A stretch of DNA of 56,317 nt, filler included, from Candidatus Desantisbacteria bacterium CG1_02_49_89 (GTDB lineage: Bacteria > Desantisbacteria > UBA1551): the NCBI GenBank assembly GCA_001871075.1. It is 4 parts of 4 records of this genome, joined end to end, with 100 filler letters (N's around TTAATTAATTAA, not from the genome) between each part and the next. Parts side by side here need not be neighbours in the genome. Positions count along the whole stretch, not along the records: positions 46,911 to 56,317 come from MNUP01000031.1; 3 more parts are not named here. One strand, given 5' to 3'. Both the position numbers and the translations under genes were made by a program. Shown here one piece after another: positions 46,912 to 55,812 of this stretch (the first letter of the stretch is position 1; each line of letters opens with the position of its first letter). The notes under the pieces are model-generated. The model made no database searches. It was given only the letters and a program-made list of their open reading frames with translations, and was not told where the DNA came from.

Positions 46912-49900
46912 CTGTGGACGTTCAATATCGGAGTGCCGGTGGCTTCGTCTCCGGCAGTGACCGGGAACGCGCTTTATGTCGGGGCGTATGACGGCAACGT
47001 TTACGCGTTCGCGTCCCCTGTGGTAACCCCGCCTCCTGTCAGCGACACGGCTTCGTTCATGTATATCAGTTCCGCGTCCGTTCAGGGGGATGGTTCTTCA
47101 CCGTGCACCGTAACAATCACACTCTTGGAATCAGACGGAACGCCTGTGCCTGAAAGGAGCGTGACGATCTCGTCGTCGCGCGGCCCGGCATATGACATTA
47201 TCACCCAGCCCGGTTCAACCACGGATTACAACGGGCAAAGCACCGCGGTTATAAGATCAGTATATACGGGAACAACGACCATTACCGCGCACGCAGGACC
47301 GGTGGAGGTTACGGGCGCGGTGAACAGGGATGGCTCAGCTGGCATATGGCGCTTTGACGAGAATTCCGGTGTTGCGGCCGGCGACGATTCCGGTAACAAC
47401 AACACAGGGACGATAGCGAACGGGATATGGATACCCGGGAAGCGCGGACCCTGCCTGGATTTCAACGGCACCAGCGGGAAGGTTTCGCTTGCCCTGCAGC
47501 CGGAAATGTCAGGCGGGTTCACGTTCATGGCATGGTGCAGGTGCGACAACCAGACCTGGTACCAGGATCTGTTCAACAACAACAGGTTCTTTATAAGGAA
47601 GGACGGGCCTGCGGAGGGGAACGATTTTACCGCGTTCGTCAAGCTGACAGACGGAAGCCCCGAACCCAGGGCTTCGTCAGGTGTGGTTGCCGATACCGGG
47701 GCGTGGCATCATGTGGCTGCTTCCTGGGACGGGGTTTCCTTAAAGATCTACGCGGACGGGGATTTTAAGCAGTCGCAGGCCAGGCCAGGTTCCTTATACG
47801 AAACTCCTGTTACCGCGCAGATAGGCGCTGGCGAGCAGGCAAGCCTTGATTCAAACTGGTGGGACGGCGCTATAGACGACGTGCGCCTTTACAGCAGGGC
47901 GCTGTCAGCTGACGAGATAAAGGCGGCCTGCGAGAACAGGGCGACAATAAGTTTCACCGCTTACGCGCAGGGCGGCGCGTATATAAGGCAGCCGCCCTTA
48001 GTCATCGCGCACCGCGGATTTTCATCGCAGGCTCCTGAGAACACGCTCATAGCTTTCGAGAAAGCCATTGAAGTCGGGGCGGATTACGTGGAGCTGGACG
48101 TGTATACAACTTCGGATAACGCTCTGGTAATAATGCACGACCCCACTGTTGATCGCACGACCGACGGCACCGGAACTGTTGCCAGCAAGACCCTCGCGGA
48201 ACTGAAGGCCCTGGATGCCGGTTCCTGGTTCAGCGCGAGGTTCACAGGCGAAAGGGTGCCTACACTGGAAGAATCCCTGCTGGTCACTAAGGGCAGGATA
48301 AGGATGGTGATTGAGATCAAAGCGGCTGACGTGGCAGCGGTATGCGCCCTTGTTGACAGCCTTGGAATGAGGGATGAGGTGATAATTTCGGCTTTCAGCA
48401 TGGCTCAGGTCACCCAGGCGCACAACCTTGGTTTCAGGACAGTGGGCCTGATAGGTGACATCAAGACCTGGCAGAGCGTAAAGACCGCTTTGGGTGACGT
48501 TGTCGGGTGCGACCAGAGCTATCTTAACGACGATAGCTTTTCTTACGTTGCCGCGGCGGAAAGCGCGGGGCTGGAAGTGTGGCCCTGGACCTGCGACAAT
48601 GAAATGGCTATGATGAGGCTGACAGACCTGGGAGTGGGCGGGATCTACACAGACTATCCTGACTGGGCAATGAATATCAGGAACGATATAAAGCGAACAG
48701 GCTGGTGGGCAAGGTGGCAGGTTGAGGACAAGGCAAGGGACGGAGGCGCGGGCAATCCCACAGAATCAAACCGCAACATAATAAAGCCTTCGGCGATCAG
48801 GTCTTCAGGCACCAGGATAAGGATAAAATTCCGTTCCCGCACAACCCTGCCTTCCGCGATGATCTTCTCAAGCGTGTATATCGCGCAGGCGGATACCGAT
48901 ACCAGGAACATCGTGGATTCCACGAAGGCCCCGATCACATTCAGGGGTTCGGAAAGCATCACGCTCCCGCAGAATTCATACGAATACAGCGACTGGTTTG
49001 ATTTTGATCTCAATGCCTCCAATACCTATTCGTTAACCTACCGCATGGACCCGGGATACGCGCGCGCGTGGAACGGGGCTGCGGGCACTGTGAACGCCTA
49101 CTGGGCCGTGGGGGACAGCACGGCAATAAACGACTGGGCAGGGCTTTCCGGAGTGAACGCGAGCGTGTCTCTTTACAACATGGAGCTTATTGAGGTTCAG
49201 GGCCCCAGGGAAGGCACTTCTTATTTCCTGAATTCTCCTTCAGCTGTCCCTGCTGACGGCAGTTCTTCTTCGAGCGTTTCGTTCTTCGTGAAGGACAGCG
49301 TTGGCAGCGCCCTGGGCGGCAAGGCCTTGACTTTTTCAACGCCGCGCTCCGCCAAAGACATACTTATCCAGCCCGGGACAACTGACGCTAACGGCCAGGC
49401 AACAGGGACGATAAAGTCTTTCTACGCGGGGCAAGGAGATGTAACCGGTTATTGCGGCCCGGAAAGGGTAATGCAGAATCTTCTTATTAATCCTTCTTTC
49501 GAGCAGGGTTCTTCAGGCTGGTCCCTTGGGGTAAACCACGCCATAGACACCGCCGCGCGCACGGGTTACGGGACAATAAGGTTCACAGGCACTGCTGCTC
49601 CGGGACAGGCTTCCTTTCAGACCGCAGGCGTTTCCGCGAATACCGCCTACAGGATAAGCGCCTGGATAAAAAGCAGTCTTTCGGCTGGCAGCGCGACGAT
49701 AGACTGGCTTGAATACACCTCCGGGGATACTCTGCTTGAGGACGGCATCAATGTCGGGCCTTATTCAATGAACTCAGGGGTTTGGTCTTTCTGCTCCTGG
49801 AAGTTCACATCAGAATCAACGACAGCAAAGGTCACAGTCAGGTTCGTGACAGACGGAAACCCCACAGGCACTGCCTGGTTTGACGATGCCAGACTTGAAA

Positions 49901-52900
49901 GGGTGCCTGCAGTGGATTTCAGGGCTACAAGATTAAAGTTCATCACCCCTTCATTCTATGCTGTCAGGAACAGCAATTCCCCGCAGATCGTTGTTGCGGC
50001 AGTCGGGGAGCTGGGTGACGATACTGACCCGGCTTTTTCAGAAACCGTTTCCGTTCTTTCTTCGTCTTCAGGCGGCAAGTTCTCAGTTTCAGGCACTCCA
50101 TGGAAAGACACGAGCGTCCTTAAGTTCGTATCCGGTTCAGCGGTTTTCTATTACAAGGACGCCAACACGGGCAGTCCCGTTATTACCGTTACACGTTACA
50201 CGTTACACGTTGATACACAAACAGAGTTCATATACGACGCGAGTATGTCCGATACCCGCTCTTACCTTTCCTCCCAGGATTTCCTGGCCCTGCCTGACGG
50301 CGCTGATTCAATAACTATTTTCGCTTTCATAATGGATACCTACGCGAATCCGATCTCGGGCAAAACCGTCACGCTTTCAGCTGCAAGGGGCAATTCCACG
50401 ACTATCAGCGCAAACCCGCAGGTCACTGACGCGGACGGGCGCGCGACGTTCACTCTTTCTTCAGCAAATGCCGGCGTTGATACTATAAGCGCGTTCTGCA
50501 ACGGCGAAACATTTTCAACGCTCTTCTTTGACGATTTTGAATTCCCGTCTTTTTCACAGGAAGCCTGGGTTGTTTATGACGGAGACTGGTCCTGCACCGG
50601 CGGTTATTACAAAGGGCTGGACAGCGGGGACGACAATTATATCGCGTACGGTTCAGCTGCAGGCAGCGTGAACTGGAGGAATTACACGGTTGAGCTTGCG
50701 TTCAGAAGCGTTTCCTTCGGAAGCGACTGGAGGGACAGCGCCAGGGTGAGTTTCAGGTACAAGGACGCGGGTAACGCTTATACAGCGGATTTCATGAAGA
50801 ACAACCACGTCCGCCTGCACAAGAAAAGCCAGGGCATTTCCACCGGCGATTCAGACTGCGCCGTTGACTACGACGCTGCAGCGATAGATTACGCGGCTGG
50901 CGGCTGGCACACCGTTAAAATAACATGCTTGGGGAATTACGTGCAAGCCTGGCTGGACGGCGTAAAGATATTCGACTGGCAGGATAACGATTACAACGGG
51001 GTAAGATGGGTGGAAAAAGGAAGGCTGATGCTTTCCGCGCGCAAAGCCAGCGGCGCGAGCGGGAACACGGAGATCCATTTCGACAATATCCGCGTTTATC
51101 CCTGCCTTGTGGAGTTCTCCCAGCCTTCTCCCAGCGCGATCAGTTCCTACATAACGTTCAGCCCTTATGATGTTATTACGGGCGGAAACTCAGAATGCGT
51201 TGTTGTTGTTACGATTAACGACGCGGACGGCGTTCCGCTTTCCGGCAAAACTATCACGTTTGTTACCGCGAGGGGAAGTTCCGATACAGTTACACCTTCA
51301 GGCTCCCAGGTAACAGGCGCGGACGGCAGCTGTACCTACACGATAAAGTCAGACCTTGCAGGATTGGATACCATTACCGCATTCTGTTCCGGGACGATCT
51401 CGCGAGGGATAAACAAATACGGGGCAAGGGGTATCTGGCACCTGGACGGCAGCACCGCGGACGCGTCAGGCTGCGGTAACAACGGTGTTAACACCGGTGC
51501 TGTCTGGACAGAGGGAAGGTACGGCTCAGGCCTGCAGTTTGACGGCGTAAACGATTACGTAAGGGTAACCGATACGGACACTCTTGATGTAACCGACGCG
51601 ATCACTATAGAGGCGTGGATCTACCCCACAGGCCTTCCGAATTCCTACAACTCAATAGCGGCAAAGTACTGGTCAGCTTCGAACCAGAGGTCGTACGAAT
51701 TCACGATCTCGGCTGCCACGCAGAAACTGCAGGTATGGCTTTCCACCAACGGCACAGGCGGCGCGGCGTACGACGGGAACGGCGTCATACCGCTGAATGC
51801 ATGGTCGCACGCCGCGTTCACCTGGAACAGGGCGGACGGGAGCATAAAGATGTATCTGAACGGCAATACCGACGCGATCCGCAGCGGCCCGGTTTCGGCG
51901 CTTTTCCCAAGCACAGCGGATTTCATCATAGGGGACAAGCACGACCTGGCGAACCACTTCAAGGGTATCATCGACGAGCTCAGGATCTACAGCCGGGTCC
52001 TGGCAGACGATGAAATAAGATCTTCCTATAACGCGAAAGCAAACTTTTTATTCGTGTCCTTTGAACCAAGCCTTGCGTTCGTGTCTTCACCGGTCACAAC
52101 CACTGCCAACAACCCGTCTCCCTATATAACCGTGGAAGCAAGGATCGGCTCAGGCGTAAAAGACACAACGTTCAACGACTCGGTTATCCTTTCTTCGTCT
52201 TCTTCAGGCGGAAGGTTCTCAACAAGCAGGACTGCCTGGGCTGATACCACGGTTATTTTCTTCTCAGCCGGGTCAGGCAGTTTTTATTATAAGGATCCTG
52301 CGGCGGGGAATCCTGTAATAACCGCGTATCGCGTATTGTTTATCGCGGATACACAAACTGAGACGATATTAGAGCAGGGAGTGAACGAGACCGCTTCATA
52401 CATAACCTTTACGCCTTACCGGATACTTGCGGATGGGACATCTGTATGCTCCGCGGTTGTGACCATAAGCGACACATTCGGGTTCCCGATGAGCGGCAGG
52501 ACAGTGACTCTTATAACAGCCAGGGGAGCGCAGGACACTGTAGCCGGAAATCCGGGGACAACGGATACATCCGGGCAAAGCGTGTTTTCAATATCTTCGA
52601 TATATTTAGGCCAGGACACGATAACCGCTGTTTGCGGCGCGAACACTGTTACAAGGGGTGTGCAGAAATATTCCGCTGTTGCCATATGGCACCTGGACAC
52701 TGACACGAACGACGTATCCGGCAACGGCTATAACGGCATCCTGCGCGGAGCGCTCTGGACAAGCGATGGTTTCGGCTCAGCCGCGGAATTCGACGGCGTT
52801 AACGACTACATAACAATTCCTGCCATGAACGTGACTATGACCGGGGTCACTATCGAAGCGTGGGTAAAACTGCACAAACTTCCTGCCGAGATGCCGGAGA

Positions 52901-54294
52901 ACATAGGCGGGATATACGATTCGCTGGACGATAAATACATTCTGTATGAAGACAAGGGTAACAACGAGCTCAGGTTCAAGGTCACAACCGGGGTCAGCGC
53001 TGAGCGGCCCGGGATCCCCGCGGCTTCGCTTGTCAAGGACCAGTGGGTCCACATAGCAGGCGTGTATAACGGGACCCAGGCAAAGATCTATATGAACGGG
53101 ACCCTGCGGGACACGCACGCGCTTACCGGCGCGATCTCAGGCGCGCAGAACGCGGCAATAGGAAGGAACGGGCTGGATACAACCGCTTATTTCGACGGGA
53201 TGGTCGACGAGGTCAGGATATACAACAGGGCGTTCAGCCCTGAGGAGGTCAGGGCGGAGTATGAATCGCGCGCGAACATCTATTTCACGGCGAGCATGCT
53301 GAATATCACCACTCCCCAGTTCAGGATAAGGGCAGGGGACACTTCGCCGCTTATGATAGTAGCGGCTCAGGATGCGAGCATGAACACCGACGTTTCATTC
53401 AATAATACAATAAACCTATCCACAAGCTCTAATTCAGGTTCATTTTCAGTATCAGATGTTCTCTGGCAGAATACCAGTTCAATAACGTTCTCAAGCGGCG
53501 TCGGTTCTTTCTATTATAGGGATTTCGCCGTCGGTTATCCTGTGCTGACTGCTGACCACTGGCCACTGACCACTGATACACAAACCGAAACAGTTTCCAT
53601 CCGCGCTCTCAAGTTCGCGAACACCGTGCCGTTCACGATAACAAGCATATCAACTGCCCCTGTGTTCTTAAAGGCAGAAGACGGTTCTGGGAATACAGCG
53701 GTTCTCTTTAACGATACGGTTCAACTGCTGACCACTTCAGCAAAAGGTTCGTTCTCCGTGTCAGGCACGATCTGGGCTAACACAAGCGTTATCTATCTTG
53801 CCTCAGGCTCAAAGACCGTATACTACAGGGACAAGACAGGGGGCAACCCTGTCATAACCGTTACCAGGACAGACTCCTGGACATGGACAGACACTCAACA
53901 GGAGACGGTTACAAAACCAACGGTTCTTACTTCCAAGGTACAGATGAACCTGCGTTCAGGTGAAACAGGCGTAATGCCGATGATATTCTGGCAATCAGAC
54001 ACTGTTGAATACACTGTTTACATTAGAAACATTGGAACTGAAACTGCCATTAACAACATTGTCGTAGATACAAGGTCCTTTGATACTAATTCCAACAACG
54101 CGGTGGATTACATATCCATGGATACGAACACGGTCGCAAACACGTGGGCTTATACAATAGATCCCGCGTTTACCGTTTGGATTGCAGGTGAACCTGCAAC
54201 AGGCGCAAGTAACGTGAAAGGCCTTAGATGGAGAATCGCGGTCCTTGGGATAAATGAGAGCAAGGCGATTAGATTCCGCATCCGCGTTAAGTAG
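46912..54294 (+). CDS. Giant multidomain surface protein (5' truncated): PQQ-propeller tail, Big_1 Ig, 3 LamG, GDPD, CBM-like, DUF1080-like, DUF11-like C-terminus
   Basis: SSPAV...YVGAYDG.VYA; IAHRG..APENT...ELDV...HD (GDPD); NLLINPSFE...WFDD; FFDDFE...FDNIRV; LamG WHH.A..WDG and IDE.RIY. Confidence 0.92.
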   Translation: MWTFNIGVPVASSPAVTGNALYVGAYDGNVYAFASPVVTPPPVSDTASFMYISSASVQGDGSSPCTVTITLLESDGTPVPERSVTISSSRGPAYDIITQPGSTTDYNGQSTAVIRSVYTGTTTITAHAGPVEVTGAVNRDGSAGIWRFDENSGVAAGDDSGNNNTGTIANGIWIPGKRGPCLDFNGTSGKVSLALQPEMSGGFTFMAWCRCDNQTWYQDLFNNNRFFIRKDGPAEGNDFTAFVKLTDGSPEPRASSGVVADTGAWHHVAASWDGVSLKIYADGDFKQSQARPGSLYETPVTAQIGAGEQASLDSNWWDGAIDDVRLYSRALSADEIKAACENRATISFTAYAQGGAYIRQPPLVIAHRGFSSQAPENTLIAFEKAIEVGADYVELDVYTTSDNALVIMHDPTVDRTTDGTGTVASKTLAELKALDAGSWFSARFTGERVPTLEESLLVTKGRIRMVIEIKAADVAAVCALVDSLGMRDEVIISAFSMAQVTQAHNLGFRTVGLIGDIKTWQSVKTALGDVVGCDQSYLNDDSFSYVAAAESAGLEVWPWTCDNEMAMMRLTDLGVGGIYTDYPDWAMNIRNDIKRTGWWARWQVEDKARDGGAGNPTESNRNIIKPSAIRSSGTRIRIKFRSRTTLPSAMIFSSVYIAQADTDTRNIVDSTKAPITFRGSESITLPQNSYEYSDWFDFDLNASNTYSLTYRMDPGYARAWNGAAGTVNAYWAVGDSTAINDWAGLSGVNASVSLYNMELIEVQGPREGTSYFLNSPSAVPADGSSSSSVSFFVKDSVGSALGGKALTFSTPRSAKDILIQPGTTDANGQATGTIKSFYAGQGDVTGYCGPERVMQNLLINPSFEQGSSGWSLGVNHAIDTAARTGYGTIRFTGTAAPGQASFQTAGVSANTAYRISAWIKSSLSAGSATIDWLEYTSGDTLLEDGINVGPYSMNSGVWSFCSWKFTSESTTAKVTVRFVTDGNPTGTAWFDDARLERVPAVDFRATRLKFITPSFYAVRNSNSPQIVVAAVGELGDDTDPAFSETVSVLSSSSGGKFSVSGTPWKDTSVLKFVSGSAVFYYKDANTGSPVITVTRYTLHVDTQTEFIYDASMSDTRSYLSSQDFLALPDGADSITIFAFIMDTYANPISGKTVTLSAARGNSTTISANPQVTDADGRATFTLSSANAGVDTISAFCNGETFSTLFFDDFEFPSFSQEAWVVYDGDWSCTGGYYKGLDSGDDNYIAYGSAAGSVNWRNYTVELAFRSVSFGSDWRDSARVSFRYKDAGNAYTADFMKNNHVRLHKKSQGISTGDSDCAVDYDAAAIDYAAGGWHTVKITCLGNYVQAWLDGVKIFDWQDNDYNGVRWVEKGRLMLSARKASGASGNTEIHFDNIRVYPCLVEFSQPSPSAISSYITFSPYDVITGGNSECVVVVTINDADGVPLSGKTITFVTARGSSDTVTPSGSQVTGADGSCTYTIKSDLAGLDTITAFCSGTISRGINKYGARGIWHLDGSTADASGCGNNGVNTGAVWTEGRYGSGLQFDGVNDYVRVTDTDTLDVTDAITIEAWIYPTGLPNSYNSIAAKYWSASNQRSYEFTISAATQKLQVWLSTNGTGGAAYDGNGVIPLNAWSHAAFTWNRADGSIKMYLNGNTDAIRSGPVSALFPSTADFIIGDKHDLANHFKGIIDELRIYSRVLADDEIRSSYNAKANFLFVSFEPSLAFVSSPVTTTANNPSPYITVEARIGSGVKDTTFNDSVILSSSSSGGRFSTSRTAWADTTVIFFSAGSGSFYYKDPAAGNPVITAYRVLFIADTQTETILEQGVNETASYITFTPYRILADGTSVCSAVVTISDTFGFPMSGRTVTLITARGAQDTVAGNPGTTDTSGQSVFSISSIYLGQDTITAVCGANTVTRGVQKYSAVAIWHLDTDTNDVSGNGYNGILRGALWTSDGFGSAAEFDGVNDYITIPAMNVTMTGVTIEAWVKLHKLPAEMPENIGGIYDSLDDKYILYEDKGNNELRFKVTTGVSAERPGIPAASLVKDQWVHIAGVYNGTQAKIYMNGTLRDTHALTGAISGAQNAAIGRNGLDTTAYFDGMVDEVRIYNRAFSPEEVRAEYESRANIYFTASMLNITTPQFRIRAGDTSPLMIVAAQDASMNTDVSFNNTINLSTSSNSGSFSVSDVLWQNTSSITFSSGVGSFYYRDFAVGYPVLTADHWPLTTDTQTETVSIRALKFANTVPFTITSISTAPVFLKAEDGSGNTAVLFNDTVQLLTTSAKGSFSVSGTIWANTSVIYLASGSKTVYYRDKTGGNPVITVTRTDSWTWTDTQQETVTKPTVLTSKVQMNLRSGETGVMPMIFWQSDTVEYTVYIRNIGTETAINNIVVDTRSFDTNSNNAVDYISMDTNTVANTWAYTIDPAFTVWIAGEPATGASNVKGLRWRIAVLGINESKAIRFRIRVK

Positions 54295-54612
54295 GGCAAG
54301 CCTTTTCGAAGACCCCCGCCAAACTGACTGGCGGGCAAGCTGCCAATTTTGTTGGGAGGGAGGCTTGCGTCGTTTTGTAGCGGTGCGACGTTTCGTCGCA
54401 CCCGAATATTTCGCCCGCCCCTTTGGGGCGAGGTCTCGCCCCGACCGTAGCCCGCCACGGTTATTGGCGGGCGCAGGTCCCTGTGTTAAGTCCCGGTTTT
54501 ATCGGAACTACAGGGATCGGGGCGGATAGGGGCTCAATTCATTGAACCCGGATATTTCGTAGGGCAAACCTTTAGGCTTGCGTGTTTTGGGAGTAGGGGC
54601 TTTAGCCCCGTG
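54291..54612. repeat. REP-like palindrome mosaic (GTAG-initiated hairpins) with nested 113-bp insertion at 54414-54526
   Basis: Reverse-complement matches to 26052-26200 and 28412-28452. Confidence 0.85.
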
Positions 54613-54750
54613 ATCTTATGAATGGTTCAGGGAGACCCTTGATTTTCCTTGTGTTAAACAACAAATATTAACTTTTCGCTATTTTATACTTGACAAAGCA
54701 TTCATAAACCACTCCTTATCCACCTTCAAAACGGTGGATTTTTTCTTTTT

Positions 54751-54778
54751 TTGACAAATCATAGAAAATGGTTATAAT
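54751..54778 (+). promoter_or_regulatory. Sigma-70 promoter
   Basis: TTGACA-16-TATAAT upstream of AGGGAG and ATG 54814. Confidence 0.65.
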
Positions 54779-54813
54779 ATATAAGCCGTATTCTTTAATG
54801 TAAGGGAGAAATC

Positions 54814-55626
54814 ATGCATCCGGCTATGGCTGATTCTTTGAAACGCCTGCTGAAGCGATTATCCGAAGATAAAAGGTGCCTGGGTATTTTTCTCAGTGGT
54901 TCTTACGCGAAGCAGACCGAGGACGAATATTCTGACCTGGACCTGGTCGTTGTAGCGGAAAGATCGGGTTACACGGAATTCAGGGACAGCCTGCGCAGGG
55001 TCTGCGAAGAAATTATGGGCTCGATACCCGCGTGGCTGCCTGAGGGCGAGACCCCTGAAGCCGTGAACTACGCCTTCCTTTTTGAGGCAGAAGACGGTAT
55101 ATTTCTCTACGATGTTTATGTTATCAAGGATAAAGATCTTCCGAATTGCCACCCGTATGACGCGAAACACATATTGTTCGACCGGACAGGGGTTTTGGCA
55201 GGTTCTGTGAAAGAGCGCAGGCCCGCCGGCTTCAACGCGGACGATCTTTTAAGGATGGTAACCTGCTACTGGGTTTACATGTACCTGAACGGCAAGTACC
55301 TGAAACGCTCTGATGTTTACAAGCTGCTTTACATCCAGCAGACACTTTTCCAGGACCATATCGCGGTCCTGCATGCTTTCTGCCCTGACAAGGACTGGAC
55401 TTGGTGGGCGGTAAACGTCAAGTACCTGACGAAAACTAAAAGAGAAGAAATGCTCATCTATTTTAAGAACACCACTCCTAAGGACATAGCCTCGGTTCTC
55501 AAGAAAGAAATGGACATATTTTCCCAAGACGCGAAAAAGGCCTGCCTGAAATACGGCCTGGAATATCCCGCAGACGCCGAGAAGGCGGTGCGAAAGCATC
55601 TTGTAGAATTTTTCAGTAACAAGTAA
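54814..55626 (+). CDS. Nucleotidyltransferase (Pol-beta superfamily; aminoglycoside/lincosamide NTase-like architecture)
   Basis: LSGSYA....DEYSDLDL, ILFDRTG, helical C-terminal domain. Confidence 0.8.
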   Translation: MHPAMADSLKRLLKRLSEDKRCLGIFLSGSYAKQTEDEYSDLDLVVVAERSGYTEFRDSLRRVCEEIMGSIPAWLPEGETPEAVNYAFLFEAEDGIFLYDVYVIKDKDLPNCHPYDAKHILFDRTGVLAGSVKERRPAGFNADDLLRMVTCYWVYMYLNGKYLKRSDVYKLLYIQQTLFQDHIAVLHAFCPDKDWTWWAVNVKYLTKTKREEMLIYFKNTTPKDIASVLKKEMDIFSQDAKKACLKYGLEYPADAEKAVRKHLVEFFSNK

Positions 55627-55812
55627 CAAACGCCAAGTAACAAGTTTAATACATGTTTGCAGACTCAGTTTACATAGTTTACAAAGTTATTTATTTCGTG
55701 CTTTCCTCGCCCATCCTTTCAGGTGGGCGAAGTCTCGCCCGCTGAAAGACGGGCGGAGTGCTTTCGTGGAAATTTGTGGTTTCAAATGCAGCAGTTTGTC
55801 AGTGGTGGGAAA

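Noticed and set aside
46912-54294. Diversity-generating retroelement as the cause of the variable loop
   Set aside because: No reverse transcriptase or TR/VR pair in the window, and the variation is periodic rather than adenine-specific
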